Virus record (IMG/VR): IMGVR_UViG_3300032053_000102
Location: 1 to 53,979 of that record
DNA: 53,979 nt
Strand: one strand, 5' to 3'
Source of the DNA: a virus
Lineage: Duplodnaviria > Caudoviricetes
Part shown: positions 37,962 to 47,515 of the stretch, piece after piece
Position numbering within the stretch: position 1 is the first letter of the stretch
How the letters are laid out: each line of letters begins with the position of its first letter
Made by a program: the position numbers and the translations under genes
Notes under the pieces: generated by a model
Told to the model about the DNA's origin: nothing
Database searches by the model: none
What the model saw: the letters and a program-made list of their open reading frames with translations, nothing else

Positions 37962-40292
37962 ATGATATACCTTGACACAGAAACAGTAGGTCTCTGCGGA
38001 CCAGCAGTTTTGATACAATGGGCTAAAGATGATGGCCCTGTATCATTGCATTCTGTTTGGACATCATCTATTGCTGATACTCTAGTATTGATTGAAGAGT
38101 TCTGTAAAAACACGATTGTTGGCTTTAATCTTGCATTTGATTGGTTTCATCTTTGTCAATTATACACAACATTATTGTTACTTGCAGATAAAGTAGGTTA
38201 TGATGCAATACCAGCAGATCATATCGAACTATATGCTTCTTTGGAACCGGAAGCACGCGATGGTCCTTGTTTGAAACCTGTTTCTGCTTGTGACTTAATG
38301 TTACATGCGAGAAAAGGTCCATATCAATCGACAATGAATCGTAAGGATGTGAGAATCAAACGAGTACCATCTATTCTAGCTGGTCCCTTGGCCGCTGAAT
38401 TAGAAAAACGGATAAAATTAAAAGATATTTATTTTGCACGACGTAAAGATAAAAATGCACCTAAATGGACTGTTGAACAGTCCGGTGATTTTGCTGATCT
38501 AGTTCTTAAATTCAAACCATCATCTGCTCTAAAAACCTTAGCTGTTGATGCATTAGGGTTGGATCCGGAGAATGTATTATTATACAAATATGTAGAAGTT
38601 GACCCGCGATTCCGACCAATGGAACTCGGTTGGGCACCTTTTGCTCTCGCAGTCTCTAATCCAGAGAAAAACTGGCAAGCGACATTTACAACTGGGAAGG
38701 AAAAGCGTTCTGGTTATGCTTGGCCAGGTGTAATAGGGATGCATATTACACACTGGGGTTATAATACATTAGCCAGGGAATATGCTGAACGTGACGTTAC
38801 CCTCACACGCGATTTGTATAAGCATTTTGGGTCGCCTGAACCTGGTGATGATGATTCCTTACTTGCATGTATGGTAGGTGTGGTACGTTGGAGGGGATAC
38901 AAAATTGATGAATTAGGGATTCGAAAGCTGAGAATAAAAGCAGTAGAAAAATCTAATGCAGCACCAAAGGCACCAGCAAAAGTAAAAGAATTTGTATTTA
39001 CATTATTATCGAAAACAGAGCGTGTTGGACTGATTAAAGAGGATGGCAAAGAATCAACTGGGCGTGTTGTATTAGAAGAAATAGCTCGTTGGACAGATCA
39101 CCCTGCAGCCGAAGCTGCCACAAAATGCCTAGAAGCTCGTAAAGCCACAAAGGAAATAGAACTATATGACAAACTGCTCCAAGCAGGACGTTTTCATGCT
39201 TCTTTTAAGGTTATTGGAACTTTATCAACAAGAATGTCAGGGACTGATGGACTCAATCCACAGGGCATCAAACATGACAAATATGTTCGGTCCCAATTCC
39301 CCCTTGCTTTTGAACCACTTGAACTCTGTGGAGGGGACTTTAGCGGATTTGAGGTCTCAATTGCAGACGCTGTCTACAATGATCCAGAACTCAGAAAACA
39401 ACTCTGTACCTGTAGTAAATGTGGATACATCTGTACTTTAGATGAGTATGCGTCCTCCGACGATTGCGTAAAATGTAACGCTAAAGATTCCAGATATAAA
39501 ATTCATGGATTATTTGGCGAAGCATTACACCCTGAATTATCGTATGATCAAATTTTAAGAACTAAAGGTACAGCAAATGATCTTTATGATAAAGGTAAAA
39601 AGGGTGTCTTTGCCGAATTTTACGGCGGAAATTATAATACACTTGTGAATCGCGGATTAGTTGAAACTGAAGAACAGGCAAGAGAAGCCGAAGAACGATT
39701 CATGAGTAGGTTCAAAGGCGCCGATGAATTCAGAGCAAAAATCAATGATCAATTCTGTAGTATGAGGCAGCCTAAAGGTATTGGAACGAAGGTCGAGTGG
39801 CATGAACCTTGTGACTACATAGAGACAGTGTTAGGATTTAGAAGATATTTTACATTGGAAAATTCTATTTGTAAAGCATTATTCACTCTAGCTAATAAGC
39901 CACCACCACAATGGAAAGGTTTGAAGATCAAATGCGTAAGACGAGATCGTGAGCAAATGGTAGGTGGTGCTTTGATGTCTGCACTTTATGCAGCAGCTTT
40001 TAATATTCAGTCAAAGAATCTACGTGCAGCAGCAAATCACGTCATCCAATCGACTGGTGCGTCGATAACAAAGAAATTGCAAACTAGATTATGGAAACTA
40101 CAACCTAGTGGTATTGGGGACTGGATAATACAGCCCATGAATATACATGACGAGATCATGTGTCCGTGCTTGCCAAGTATAAAACAGCAGATCAACACTA
40201 TAGTCAAAGAATTGGTAACAGATATGCGACCAATTATACCTTTGATCAAAATAGATTGGTCTGAACACATGAAAACTTGGGCTGAGAAATGA
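37962..40292 (+). CDS. polA: family A DNA polymerase (3'-5' exonuclease + polymerase)
   Basis: 'YLDTET', 'GFNLAFD', motif A DFSGFE, motif B K..VF...YG, 'NHVIQSTGA', motif C IHDE. Confidence 0.9.
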   Translation: MIYLDTETVGLCGPAVLIQWAKDDGPVSLHSVWTSSIADTLVLIEEFCKNTIVGFNLAFDWFHLCQLYTTLLLLADKVGYDAIPADHIELYASLEPEARDGPCLKPVSACDLMLHARKGPYQSTMNRKDVRIKRVPSILAGPLAAELEKRIKLKDIYFARRKDKNAPKWTVEQSGDFADLVLKFKPSSALKTLAVDALGLDPENVLLYKYVEVDPRFRPMELGWAPFALAVSNPEKNWQATFTTGKEKRSGYAWPGVIGMHITHWGYNTLAREYAERDVTLTRDLYKHFGSPEPGDDDSLLACMVGVVRWRGYKIDELGIRKLRIKAVEKSNAAPKAPAKVKEFVFTLLSKTERVGLIKEDGKESTGRVVLEEIARWTDHPAAEAATKCLEARKATKEIELYDKLLQAGRFHASFKVIGTLSTRMSGTDGLNPQGIKHDKYVRSQFPLAFEPLELCGGDFSGFEVSIADAVYNDPELRKQLCTCSKCGYICTLDEYASSDDCVKCNAKDSRYKIHGLFGEALHPELSYDQILRTKGTANDLYDKGKKGVFAEFYGGNYNTLVNRGLVETEEQAREAEERFMSRFKGADEFRAKINDQFCSMRQPKGIGTKVEWHEPCDYIETVLGFRRYFTLENSICKALFTLANKPPPQWKGLKIKCVRRDREQMVGGALMSALYAAAFNIQSKNLRAAANHVIQSTGASITKKLQTRLWKLQPSGIGDWIIQPMNIHDEIMCPCLPSIKQQINTIVKELVTDMRPIIPLIKIDWSEHMKTWAEK

Positions 40293-40648
40293 TAAAAGAG
40301 ATCAGAAATGCGACGTCTTTTATAACTAACGATGCCAGAGCGATACAACGATACATAGATAGCGATGATTTTGAAGAATTAACTAATGTAAGTGATTTAA
40401 TAGATGAATTGTATGTTGCATTAAATAAGATCACTTTTGCTGAAGTCAAGAAGTTGATCTATATGATGCAAAATATAAATTATGAATTTCTTTCATTACG
40501 TCGATTGCGATTACTTGCTAAATCACTAGGTATAAAATACTATTCTATGAAAACCAAAGACGAACTTCTAACCGACATAGGAGGAGTCTATGAAAAGTAT
40601 CATACCATTTCAAAGAGAAAGGAGGTAATAGATGCTCGACCAGATTAA
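40289..40648 (+). CDS. protein with C-terminal Rho_N-like helical domain
   Basis: 'LSLRRLRLLAKSLGIKYYSMKTKDELL'. Confidence 0.6.
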   Translation: MIKEIRNATSFITNDARAIQRYIDSDDFEELTNVSDLIDELYVALNKITFAEVKKLIYMMQNINYEFLSLRRLRLLAKSLGIKYYSMKTKDELLTDIGGVYEKYHTISKRKEVIDARPD

Positions 40649-41054
40649 AGAGATACATGATGAAATTATTGCATTATTGGTAAGGATGAAGAAACCAATA
40701 CTTGGTATGAATAGATTAATCAGTAATCTTGAAAAGAAATCAAAAGAAGAAGTAGAAAGACTATTTAATTTTTTCGATTCATTATACAAGAATGAATTCA
40801 AACGATTAAAAGATGTCTGGACACTACCGCATATCAACGATGATATGTGGCATGGGTATAGAATGTTGAGAATTAGAGATTTACCCGAGCAAAAATCACT
40901 GCATGATGCTTGGGAAGCTTACCATGATCGAGTAGCCGCTTTCAAAAAGGAACGTAAAAGTGAAAGTCAACATCAAACAGATTCGCAAAGAATTCGCAAA
41001 CAGTCTCTCCGTCGTCGGCGTACAGAGGCTAAAGCTAGTCGCCGAAGCAGATAA
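40632..41054 (+). CDS. hypothetical protein
   Basis: SD AGGAGG; lies in the operon. Confidence 0.55.
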   Translation: MLDQIKEIHDEIIALLVRMKKPILGMNRLISNLEKKSKEEVERLFNFFDSLYKNEFKRLKDVWTLPHINDDMWHGYRMLRIRDLPEQKSLHDAWEAYHDRVAAFKKERKSESQHQTDSQRIRKQSLRRRRTEAKASRRSR

Positions 41055-41175
41055 TTTTGATTATTTTATCGCTAGAGCCAAAGAGGCTTTGACAATGGAA
41101 GAAGATATTGATTTAGCTATCCTCTTACTTATGTTAGCTAAAATCAAAAATGAATCCACTGAAGATAAAAGCTAA
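40960..41175 (+). CDS. hypothetical protein
   Basis: GTG start after AAGGA; bridges to VRR-NUC. Confidence 0.45.
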   Translation: MKVNIKQIRKEFANSLSVVGVQRLKLVAEADNFDYFIARAKEALTMEEDIDLAILLLMLAKIKNESTEDKS

Positions 41176-41488
41176 AACTGGACCAGAACGTAAAATACAA
41201 GATGCTATAATTGATTTCTTGCTTATAAGAGGCTGGTACGTCCTCCAAACTCATGGATCGATGTATCAATCTGGATTCCCTGATCTCTATGCAACACACT
41301 CCAAGTACGGGGCACGTTGGATTGAGGTTAAGAATCCTTTGGCTTATCATTTTACACCGGCTCAACTAGAGTGTTTTCCAAAAATGTCAGCTAATGGAAC
41401 TCGAATCTGGATACTAACAGCAGCAACCGAATCAGAATACCAAAAACTGTTTGGTCCAGCAAACTGGTACACTTACTTAAAACTATGA
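41150..41488 (+). CDS. VRR-NUC nuclease (resolvase-like)
   Basis: 'E..IQ', 'GFPDL', 'WIEVK', 'TPAQ'. Confidence 0.85.
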   Translation: MNPLKIKAKTGPERKIQDAIIDFLLIRGWYVLQTHGSMYQSGFPDLYATHSKYGARWIEVKNPLAYHFTPAQLECFPKMSANGTRIWILTAATESEYQKLFGPANWYTYLKL

Positions 41489-41495
41489 GGAACCA

Positions 41496-41612
41496 ATGAG
41501 AATCTTGATTCTTTGCTTAGTTCTTGGGTTCTTGGGTTGTGAAGTCAAGAAACCAAAACCAATTCCAAAGAAACCAGTACCTTGTGATCAAAAGGAATGT
41601 CCATGCAGGTAG
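41496..41612 (+). CDS. 38-aa predicted lipoprotein; not in ORF track
   Basis: MRILILCLVLGFLG-CEVKKPKPIPKKPVPCDQKECPCR; SD GAGGA; lipobox-like FLGC. Confidence 0.6.
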   Translation: MRILILCLVLGFLGCEVKKPKPIPKKPVPCDQKECPCR

Positions 41613-43570
41613 ATAATGTGTATCTGGAACCTAGATTCAAACTTGATACTGGTACTATAATCCTGTTAAGAACTATGATACCGCAATTTGGTTATAGTAA
41701 ATTTGGAGAATTCATTTTCTATAGTCATTATAGCCGACAAATAGATGGGAGGCAGGAATCTTGGGTTGATGTCGTAATCCGTGTAATAGAAGGTACATTC
41801 TCTATACGCAAAGATTGGTATAATAGGAATCATATTGCATGGGATGAATTATCTTGGCAGCGTTATGCTAGAGATATGGCAATTAGTATGTTTCGTATGG
41901 AGTGGTTGCCACCCGGTCGTGGTTTGTGGGCGATGGGCACCCCGTTAATAATGAAACGTGGTTCTATGGCTTTATTCAATTGCGCCTTTACTTCCATCGG
42001 ATCAGATTGGATAGATGATCTTTGTTGGTTAATGGATTCTCTGATGCATGGCGTAGGTGTAGGTTTTGAACCAATTAGACAAAACCTGGAACTTTTTTCA
42101 CCAGTGAGTGAAGTTGAATATGTAATACCTGATACTCGGGAAGGTTGGGTTGATTCAATACGAGTATTATTGAATGCTTTCGCACAACCTAATGGCATGT
42201 TGCCAGTTTTCGATTATGACTTTCTAAGACCAGAAGGCTCGAAATTAGTTACATTTGGTGGTACATCATCTGGACCACAACCGCTTAAAGATTTACATGA
42301 AGATATAGTAGAACTTTGTTATTCGTATTTGGAACAAGGTGATCCAATCGAATTCAAAACTGATCTTGCAAATCTAATTGGAGTATGTGTTGTCACAGGC
42401 AATGTGCGACGTAGTGCTGAATTAGCATTATGTAGCGTCTCTGATCCTATATTCTTCGACCTCAAAGATTATTCAAAACATCCTCGTCGTAAAAAATGGG
42501 GTTGGATGAGTAACAATTCTGTAAAATTAGAAACAAGCGAGGACTTTGGATTGCTTAGTTTGCTTGTACATCATAATATAGAAAGTCATGATATTGGTTT
42601 TGTTAATATGATCAATTTGAAAACAGGTCGTATAGGTAAGCGTGATAAATTAAAAGAAGATCAAGCAACAGGTTTGAATCCTTGTGGGGAGATTCCTCTT
42701 GAATCACGCGAAGTCTGTAACGTAGCAGAGACACTACCTACACGCTGTTATAATCATGAAGCTTGGCTTAATGCTTGTGAATATGCCTCATTTTATACCA
42801 GTACAGTAAATCTATTGGCTACACATCAACCGAGCACCAATGCGGTTATATTAAGAAATCGTAGGATTGGAGTATCTATAGTTGATTTCAGTGGCTGGAA
42901 ACATCAAGTAGGTGTAACTAGACTAACCAGATACTTGAGAGAAGGATACAATCGGATACGTCAAGTTAATAAATTACTTGCACAAGAGGCAGGGATTCCT
43001 GAATCAATTCGAGTGACAACTGTAAAGCCAGGAGGAACTGTGCCTAAAATGGCAGGTCGTCAGGCTGGTATGTCACATCCTAATTTCACATATATGATAC
43101 GAAGAGTAAGGATTCAAGTTAATACTGAATTAGAAAGAATACTAAAAGAAGCAAAGATACCAAATGAACCTGATTACTACTCGAAACAAACAACTGTATT
43201 TGAATTCCCTATATTCTCAGGTCATGTAAAACCTGCTGATCAAATTAGTATTTGGGAACAAGCTATGAATTTGATTCTTTTACAACGCGAATGGGCTGAT
43301 AATGCCATTTCCAATACATTACTTTTTAGCGATAATGAGGTTGATGAATTAGAAGCTGTACTTGGTGCTATTGCACCATTAACTAAATCTGTAAGCCTGA
43401 TGCGACATACAAAAGAAGGAATCTATAGACAGATGCCAGAAGAACATTTAACAAAAGAACAATATGAAACAAGATGCACAGCGATTAAAGAAATAGATTG
43501 GAGCCGATACCGTGGTGATGGACAAGATGAGAAATTTTGTACATCAGACAGATGTGAGGTACTAGCATGA
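41597..43570 (+). CDS. nrdJ: class II (B12-dependent) ribonucleotide reductase, RTPR type
   Basis: 'PPGRGLW', 'FNCAF', 'GNVRRSA', 'NPCGEIPL', 'VKPGGT', C-terminal CTSDRC; no beta-subunit gene. Confidence 0.92.
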   Translation: MSMQVDNVYLEPRFKLDTGTIILLRTMIPQFGYSKFGEFIFYSHYSRQIDGRQESWVDVVIRVIEGTFSIRKDWYNRNHIAWDELSWQRYARDMAISMFRMEWLPPGRGLWAMGTPLIMKRGSMALFNCAFTSIGSDWIDDLCWLMDSLMHGVGVGFEPIRQNLELFSPVSEVEYVIPDTREGWVDSIRVLLNAFAQPNGMLPVFDYDFLRPEGSKLVTFGGTSSGPQPLKDLHEDIVELCYSYLEQGDPIEFKTDLANLIGVCVVTGNVRRSAELALCSVSDPIFFDLKDYSKHPRRKKWGWMSNNSVKLETSEDFGLLSLLVHHNIESHDIGFVNMINLKTGRIGKRDKLKEDQATGLNPCGEIPLESREVCNVAETLPTRCYNHEAWLNACEYASFYTSTVNLLATHQPSTNAVILRNRRIGVSIVDFSGWKHQVGVTRLTRYLREGYNRIRQVNKLLAQEAGIPESIRVTTVKPGGTVPKMAGRQAGMSHPNFTYMIRRVRIQVNTELERILKEAKIPNEPDYYSKQTTVFEFPIFSGHVKPADQISIWEQAMNLILLQREWADNAISNTLLFSDNEVDELEAVLGAIAPLTKSVSLMRHTKEGIYRQMPEEHLTKEQYETRCTAIKEIDWSRYRGDGQDEKFCTSDRCEVLA

Positions 43571-43935
43571 ATCTACTTATTGTTGACACATTTGATTTGT
43601 ACCATCACTCAAATAAACGCAAAATTGATTATGTAACTACATTTGAAGGTTCATTTGGAAAAAAAATTGCATACGTATCTGATCATAAAAATAATGAAAT
43701 TTTCTGCAAGTATCTACAGCACGCCGGATTCCACGTAAAAATAAGTAATGATCCAATAATTGAAATTGTAATTCTAGCTATGTTGGCTGATACGGTTACG
43801 ATTGGTGGTTGTGATGATAGATTATTGCCATTGGTTCAAGTATTAAGAAGCAGAATAACAATAATTGGATTCAAAGTACCACTGATCTTTGGCAACTACT
43901 GCGAAATCAAGGAGTTAGAAGGTGACAAAGAATAA
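43567..43935 (+). CDS. degenerate NYN/LabA-like protein
   Basis: 'DTVTIGGCDDRLLPLVQVLR..ITIIGF' resembles the SGDgDF.P motif. Confidence 0.4.
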   Translation: MNLLIVDTFDLYHHSNKRKIDYVTTFEGSFGKKIAYVSDHKNNEIFCKYLQHAGFHVKISNDPIIEIVILAMLADTVTIGGCDDRLLPLVQVLRSRITIIGFKVPLIFGNYCEIKELEGDKE

Positions 43936-44131
43936 AGAAAACGAGAGAGAAGAAGAGATTAGAATATCTGAATATCAGAAAGGTATGATTGCGGCATACA
44001 ATTCATTATTAGTCAAAATCACTACTCGTATGGCTCAGGTATTCTTAAATGGTAATGATTTTGAAGCTATTGTCTTACGCAATATCTCTAGGTTAATTAA
44101 CAAGGAGAAAGAACAACATGAAACCGCGTGA
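43922..44131 (+). CDS. hypothetical protein
   Basis: Overlapping operon gene. Confidence 0.45.
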   Translation: MTKNKENEREEEIRISEYQKGMIAAYNSLLVKITTRMAQVFLNGNDFEAIVLRNISRLINKEKEQHETA

Positions 44132-44300
44132 AGTTAATTTCTGGTATTTTGTTGTAAGACTCTTGCCAAAGAAATTGATTTATTTCTGTACTGCTTGGCT
44201 CATAGGACAAGTGACTACTGGTAAGTATTCAAGAACTGAAGTGCTAAGAATAACTGCATTAGAAGCACTCCGTCGGTATGGGGATGATAATGGGATTTAA
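44118..44300 (+). CDS. hypothetical protein
   Basis: SD AAGGAG; overlapping operon gene. Confidence 0.5.
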   Translation: MKPREVNFWYFVVRLLPKKLIYFCTAWLIGQVTTGKYSRTEVLRITALEALRRYGDDNGI

Positions 44301-44811
44301 GATGCAATATCAACCTGATGTATGGTCGTGTGTGGCAACGGCATTTTCCATGTGCTTTGATGTTCCCGTCCGTAAATTGATAGGTATGGTGGGACATGAT
44401 GGTTCTGAGATTCTTTGGCCAAGAATCCCAGAGCCACATAATAGACGCGGATTCCATTTGCAAGAAATGGTTGATGTTGGTTTTCTACTTGGATTTGCAG
44501 TATTGATTATCGAATCGGAAATAACATTATATAGTAATGACCCAATAGATATAAGAAATGTGAAGTCAAGATTAAGCATCTCTGATTATCTGGAAAAATG
44601 TGAAGGCGTGATTTTAGGTGTCTGGCCTAATGGGTTACGTCATGCTGTAGCATACTCTAGGGGTGTGTGTTTCGATCCTTCAGGTGACATATATGAACTC
44701 ACGGATGATGTCACGATCAGAGTTTTCTGTCCTGTCTTGAAATCAAATCATTTCTCCATCGTAAAAGATTCTTTGCGAATTGGGGTTGACGGGGTTTCGG
44801 AGAAAATGTAA
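44278..44811 (+). CDS. C39-like papain-fold peptidase
   Basis: Q-x4-SC-(VATAFSM), 'HAVAY', 'FDP'. Confidence 0.55.
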   Translation: MGMIMGFKMQYQPDVWSCVATAFSMCFDVPVRKLIGMVGHDGSEILWPRIPEPHNRRGFHLQEMVDVGFLLGFAVLIIESEITLYSNDPIDIRNVKSRLSISDYLEKCEGVILGVWPNGLRHAVAYSRGVCFDPSGDIYELTDDVTIRVFCPVLKSNHFSIVKDSLRIGVDGVSEKM

Positions 44812-44814
44812 AAT
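44786..44814 (+). promoter_or_regulatory. sigma70-type promoter for the sigma-factor/early operon
   Basis: TTGACG-N17-TAAAAT, flanked by AATCAAATCATTT boxes. Confidence 0.7.
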
Positions 44815-44903
44815 ACATTTTGCCGAGAGAAGATAGCGAGGAACCCTGGAATCAAATCATTTCTAGAAATCAACATGATTTCTACATCAAACACAGGAGA
44901 GCC

Positions 44904-45512
44904 ATGTATATAAAATGCGATGCTCGAATCGACTTCAAGCATCACAGATTACCGCCACCTATCACGGCTGATAGACTACAAGAATGTATGAAAAGGATCG
45001 AAGAATCAAAAGATGAGATCATTGAAGGTCATTTACGACTTGCCATGAATCTAGTATCGAAGTTTGCAAAGTGCAAGGAATCAAATGATTTAGTCGGTGT
45101 TGCTTTCCTAGCCTTAGTCGAAGCAGTTAATAGACTGAAGCCAAACATGAACGCCGGGGCATACATCAATAAGTCTATCACTTGGGCCTTACGGAAACAT
45201 AGGTTTGACAACCATGCACTTCATGCGTCAGTCAGTACATATTATCGGCATGGCCCAAAGAGTCGAGACGCAATATCAATACATCAAAATGAGTATGAGA
45301 TTGCGATAGTTGGGCGTGAGAGTGTTGGATATGAGTTATTTGACATCTTAGGGCATATCGCTGCTACGCCATTGGAAAAAGAGATACTAGAACTACGAAG
45401 TCTTGGATACTGTGATCGTGATGTTGCAACACAGTTAGGATACAGTACATCACGAATCGCACAGATAAGACAAATGTTGTATGCACGTTTCCTTTTGAAA
45501 TGGGATGTCTAA
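44904..45512 (+). CDS. sigma70-family RNA polymerase sigma factor (regions 2 and 4)
   Basis: 'HLRLAMNLVSKF..DLVGVAFLALVEAVNR..AYI'; C-terminal HTH 'DVATQLGYSTSRIAQI'; SD AGGAG before ATG 44904. Confidence 0.8.
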   Translation: MYIKCDARIDFKHHRLPPPITADRLQECMKRIEESKDEIIEGHLRLAMNLVSKFAKCKESNDLVGVAFLALVEAVNRLKPNMNAGAYINKSITWALRKHRFDNHALHASVSTYYRHGPKSRDAISIHQNEYEIAIVGRESVGYELFDILGHIAATPLEKEILELRSLGYCDRDVATQLGYSTSRIAQIRQMLYARFLLKWDV

Positions 45513-45847
45513 TCATGATTGACTATACGGAAGAAACAGCTAAGTATGAGAAATACTTGGCGGATCAAGATGCTTATTTAACCGCATTAGAAGCAGTTGA
45601 AGTAACCGAAAGGGTAGAGGTTGCTAAAACTGTAAGGGTTCGAGTGAGTCAATACATTTGCAAGATGTGTTTTGTTGATATTGGGTATGATGATCATGGT
45701 ACATGCCGTCGATGTCGGGCCAAGTTGGGACGACAAGCAGCGTTGAAAACAGCTCAACTAGCTTTAATTCGGTTTGGGATGAAAACAACTGGATCAAAAG
45801 AAGTTGATAACGCGATCAGAAGAAATGTTGGTGGTTTTCACTATTAA
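45500..45847 (+). CDS. Zn-finger hypothetical protein
   Basis: CKMC...CRRC. Confidence 0.5.
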   Translation: MGCLIMIDYTEETAKYEKYLADQDAYLTALEAVEVTERVEVAKTVRVRVSQYICKMCFVDIGYDDHGTCRRCRAKLGRQAALKTAQLALIRFGMKTTGSKEVDNAIRRNVGGFHY

Positions 45848-45861
45848 AGGAGGACTGAAAC

Positions 45862-46061
45862 ATGGCGTATGTTGATCCAGACTACAAAAGTAAAAAAGAG
45901 TTCAAGGGAGCTGTGATGGCAGGTGTTAAGCACAAACCGTATAACCCAAGTGACATATTTGCTGAACCACAGTGATAGAGGGTCCACATTACCCGAAACC
46001 ACATAGATGGTATGCTCAAGTGCGTGTCGAAAATGGAATTGTAACTAAGGTCCTTGGTTAG
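45862..46061 (+). pseudogene. frameshifted small phage protein gene
   Basis: SD AGGAGG; MAYVDPDYKSKKEFK..EPQ* (stop 45973-45975) continues in the -1 frame as VIEGPHYPKPHRWYAQV..KVLG*. Confidence 0.6.
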
Positions 46062-46071
46062 GAGAAAGAAC

Positions 46072-46602
46072 ATGAAGCTCAAAGACATTTTGCCTCTTGA
46101 AATTGATGCCAAGGCGCTGGCTAAAGAGACTGGTTTGTCTTCACGACAAATCAGGAAACTACGTGCAGGGGGCAGAGAGGTACCTAATCATGATTTTAGT
46201 CCTGAACAAGTGACTAAAATGCTTGAAACTAAAAAGAATCGTACTGCACAAAGTGATGCACGCGATGCATGGTATTTAGCAGAAAAGAAACTGCTAGATA
46301 CATTAAGAGAATTGGATCATCAAGCTCAAGCAGCAATGATTTTAGGACATGACCATCCTAAAGAATTACATGAGTTGCTTACTCAGTTCGATGTAGAAAT
46401 CCAAGAAGCTTTGAAGATGAGAGGTGCGGCAACACGCGAAGCACACAAGCTTGGCGTAAAGGCCATCTGGCTTGCAGATGTTAAGGCCATAGACAAGTTG
46501 TTGATGGCACACAACCGAAGGTTACAAGATGTTACCAACGCATTAGAGAAACCTTCGGAATCAATGCGGCGTCGTATCATTACCAAATTGGCTGTTACTT
46601 AA
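46072..46602 (+). CDS. hypothetical protein with N-terminal HTH
   Basis: 'AKALAKETGLSSRQIRKLR'; SD AGGAG. Confidence 0.55.
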   Translation: MKLKDILPLEIDAKALAKETGLSSRQIRKLRAGGREVPNHDFSPEQVTKMLETKKNRTAQSDARDAWYLAEKKLLDTLRELDHQAQAAMILGHDHPKELHELLTQFDVEIQEALKMRGAATREAHKLGVKAIWLADVKAIDKLLMAHNRRLQDVTNALEKPSESMRRRIITKLAVT

Positions 46603-46609
46603 GGAGAAA

Positions 46610-46816
46610 ATGATGGGAAAAGGATGTCTCAGGTGTGGAAAAGAATTCAAATCACTCAGTCTATTCAATCGGTTATGTCCTCAATGTAATCGAGCGAATC
46701 TGGGCTTGTCTAAGTTTGAACAGACCACGCCGTATAAGTCTGACTTGATAATACCAGTGAACCCTGATGCTGGTCGCTTTAGACGACGATCACTGAAACC
46801 TATAGGTCTAAGATAA
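46610..46816 (+). CDS. small Zn-finger protein
   Basis: CLRCGKEFKS....NRLCPQC; SD AAGGAG. Confidence 0.65.
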   Translation: MMGKGCLRCGKEFKSLSLFNRLCPQCNRANLGLSKFEQTTPYKSDLIIPVNPDAGRFRRRSLKPIGLR

Positions 46817-46828
46817 GGAGGAAGAATC

Positions 46829-47137
46829 ATGATACAAAAAGCTAGTCTCATAACTGTGCAGACACTCAAAAAGTCACATGCATCTCAAATTAGAATTGCA
46901 CCCGATGGGACTGAATTATTCCTCAAGATATATGGGGAATTGGTGCTAGGGCAAATTAGACCCATTGGTTGGGTGTCTGGCGAAATGCTTGATGGCATAC
47001 CCGATATGCGGGAAGCCTGGCTTGTTGAGTACATGGACAATCTGTATTGGGTGCAAGCACCTAATAACCGGCTAGGACATGGACGCGAATGGATGCGAGA
47101 ATCTTGGATCGTTAACTTACCCCAAATCTTTATTTAA
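46829..47137 (+). CDS. hypothetical protein
   Basis: SD AAGGAGG. Confidence 0.55.
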   Translation: MIQKASLITVQTLKKSHASQIRIAPDGTELFLKIYGELVLGQIRPIGWVSGEMLDGIPDMREAWLVEYMDNLYWVQAPNNRLGHGREWMRESWIVNLPQIFI

Positions 47138-47147
47138 GGAGAAAACA

Positions 47148-47333
47148 ATGACGTACCGTACATTAATGATCGAACTTGCCAAACTCACTGATCATCAACT
47201 TGACCTAGAAGTGATAGTTGAAGGTGGTGCGTGGGGCTGTGAAGCAGATGAATGGGAACTTTGTGAACTCGGAATTTGTGGCCCTGACCATGCAACATTA
47301 TGTGATGGACAACCAACAATCATCATTGTATAG
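47148..47333 (+). CDS. hypothetical protein
   Basis: SD AAGGAG before MTYRTL. Confidence 0.55.
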   Translation: MTYRTLMIELAKLTDHQLDLEVIVEGGAWGCEADEWELCELGICGPDHATLCDGQPTIIIV

Positions 47334-47344
47334 GAGGACTTAGC

Positions 47345-47515
47345 ATGTATGAAATTGCAGTACCTGTAACTGGTTGGATAATCTATCAAGTTGAAGCCAA
47401 GAATGAAGAAGATGCAAAGGGGCAATTGAAAAAGTTTCCTTGCTCTTTTGTCTCGGCTGAATACGACGTAGATCGTGACATGGACCCTTCAAAATGGGAG
47501 GTACAAAAAATATGA
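47345..47515 (+). CDS. 56-aa protein, paralog of the next gene; not in ORF track
   Basis: MYEIAVPVTGWIIYQVEAKNEEDA..SKWEVQKI; SD AGGAGG; ATGA coupling. Confidence 0.7.
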   Translation: MYEIAVPVTGWIIYQVEAKNEEDAKGQLKKFPCSFVSAEYDVDRDMDPSKWEVQKI

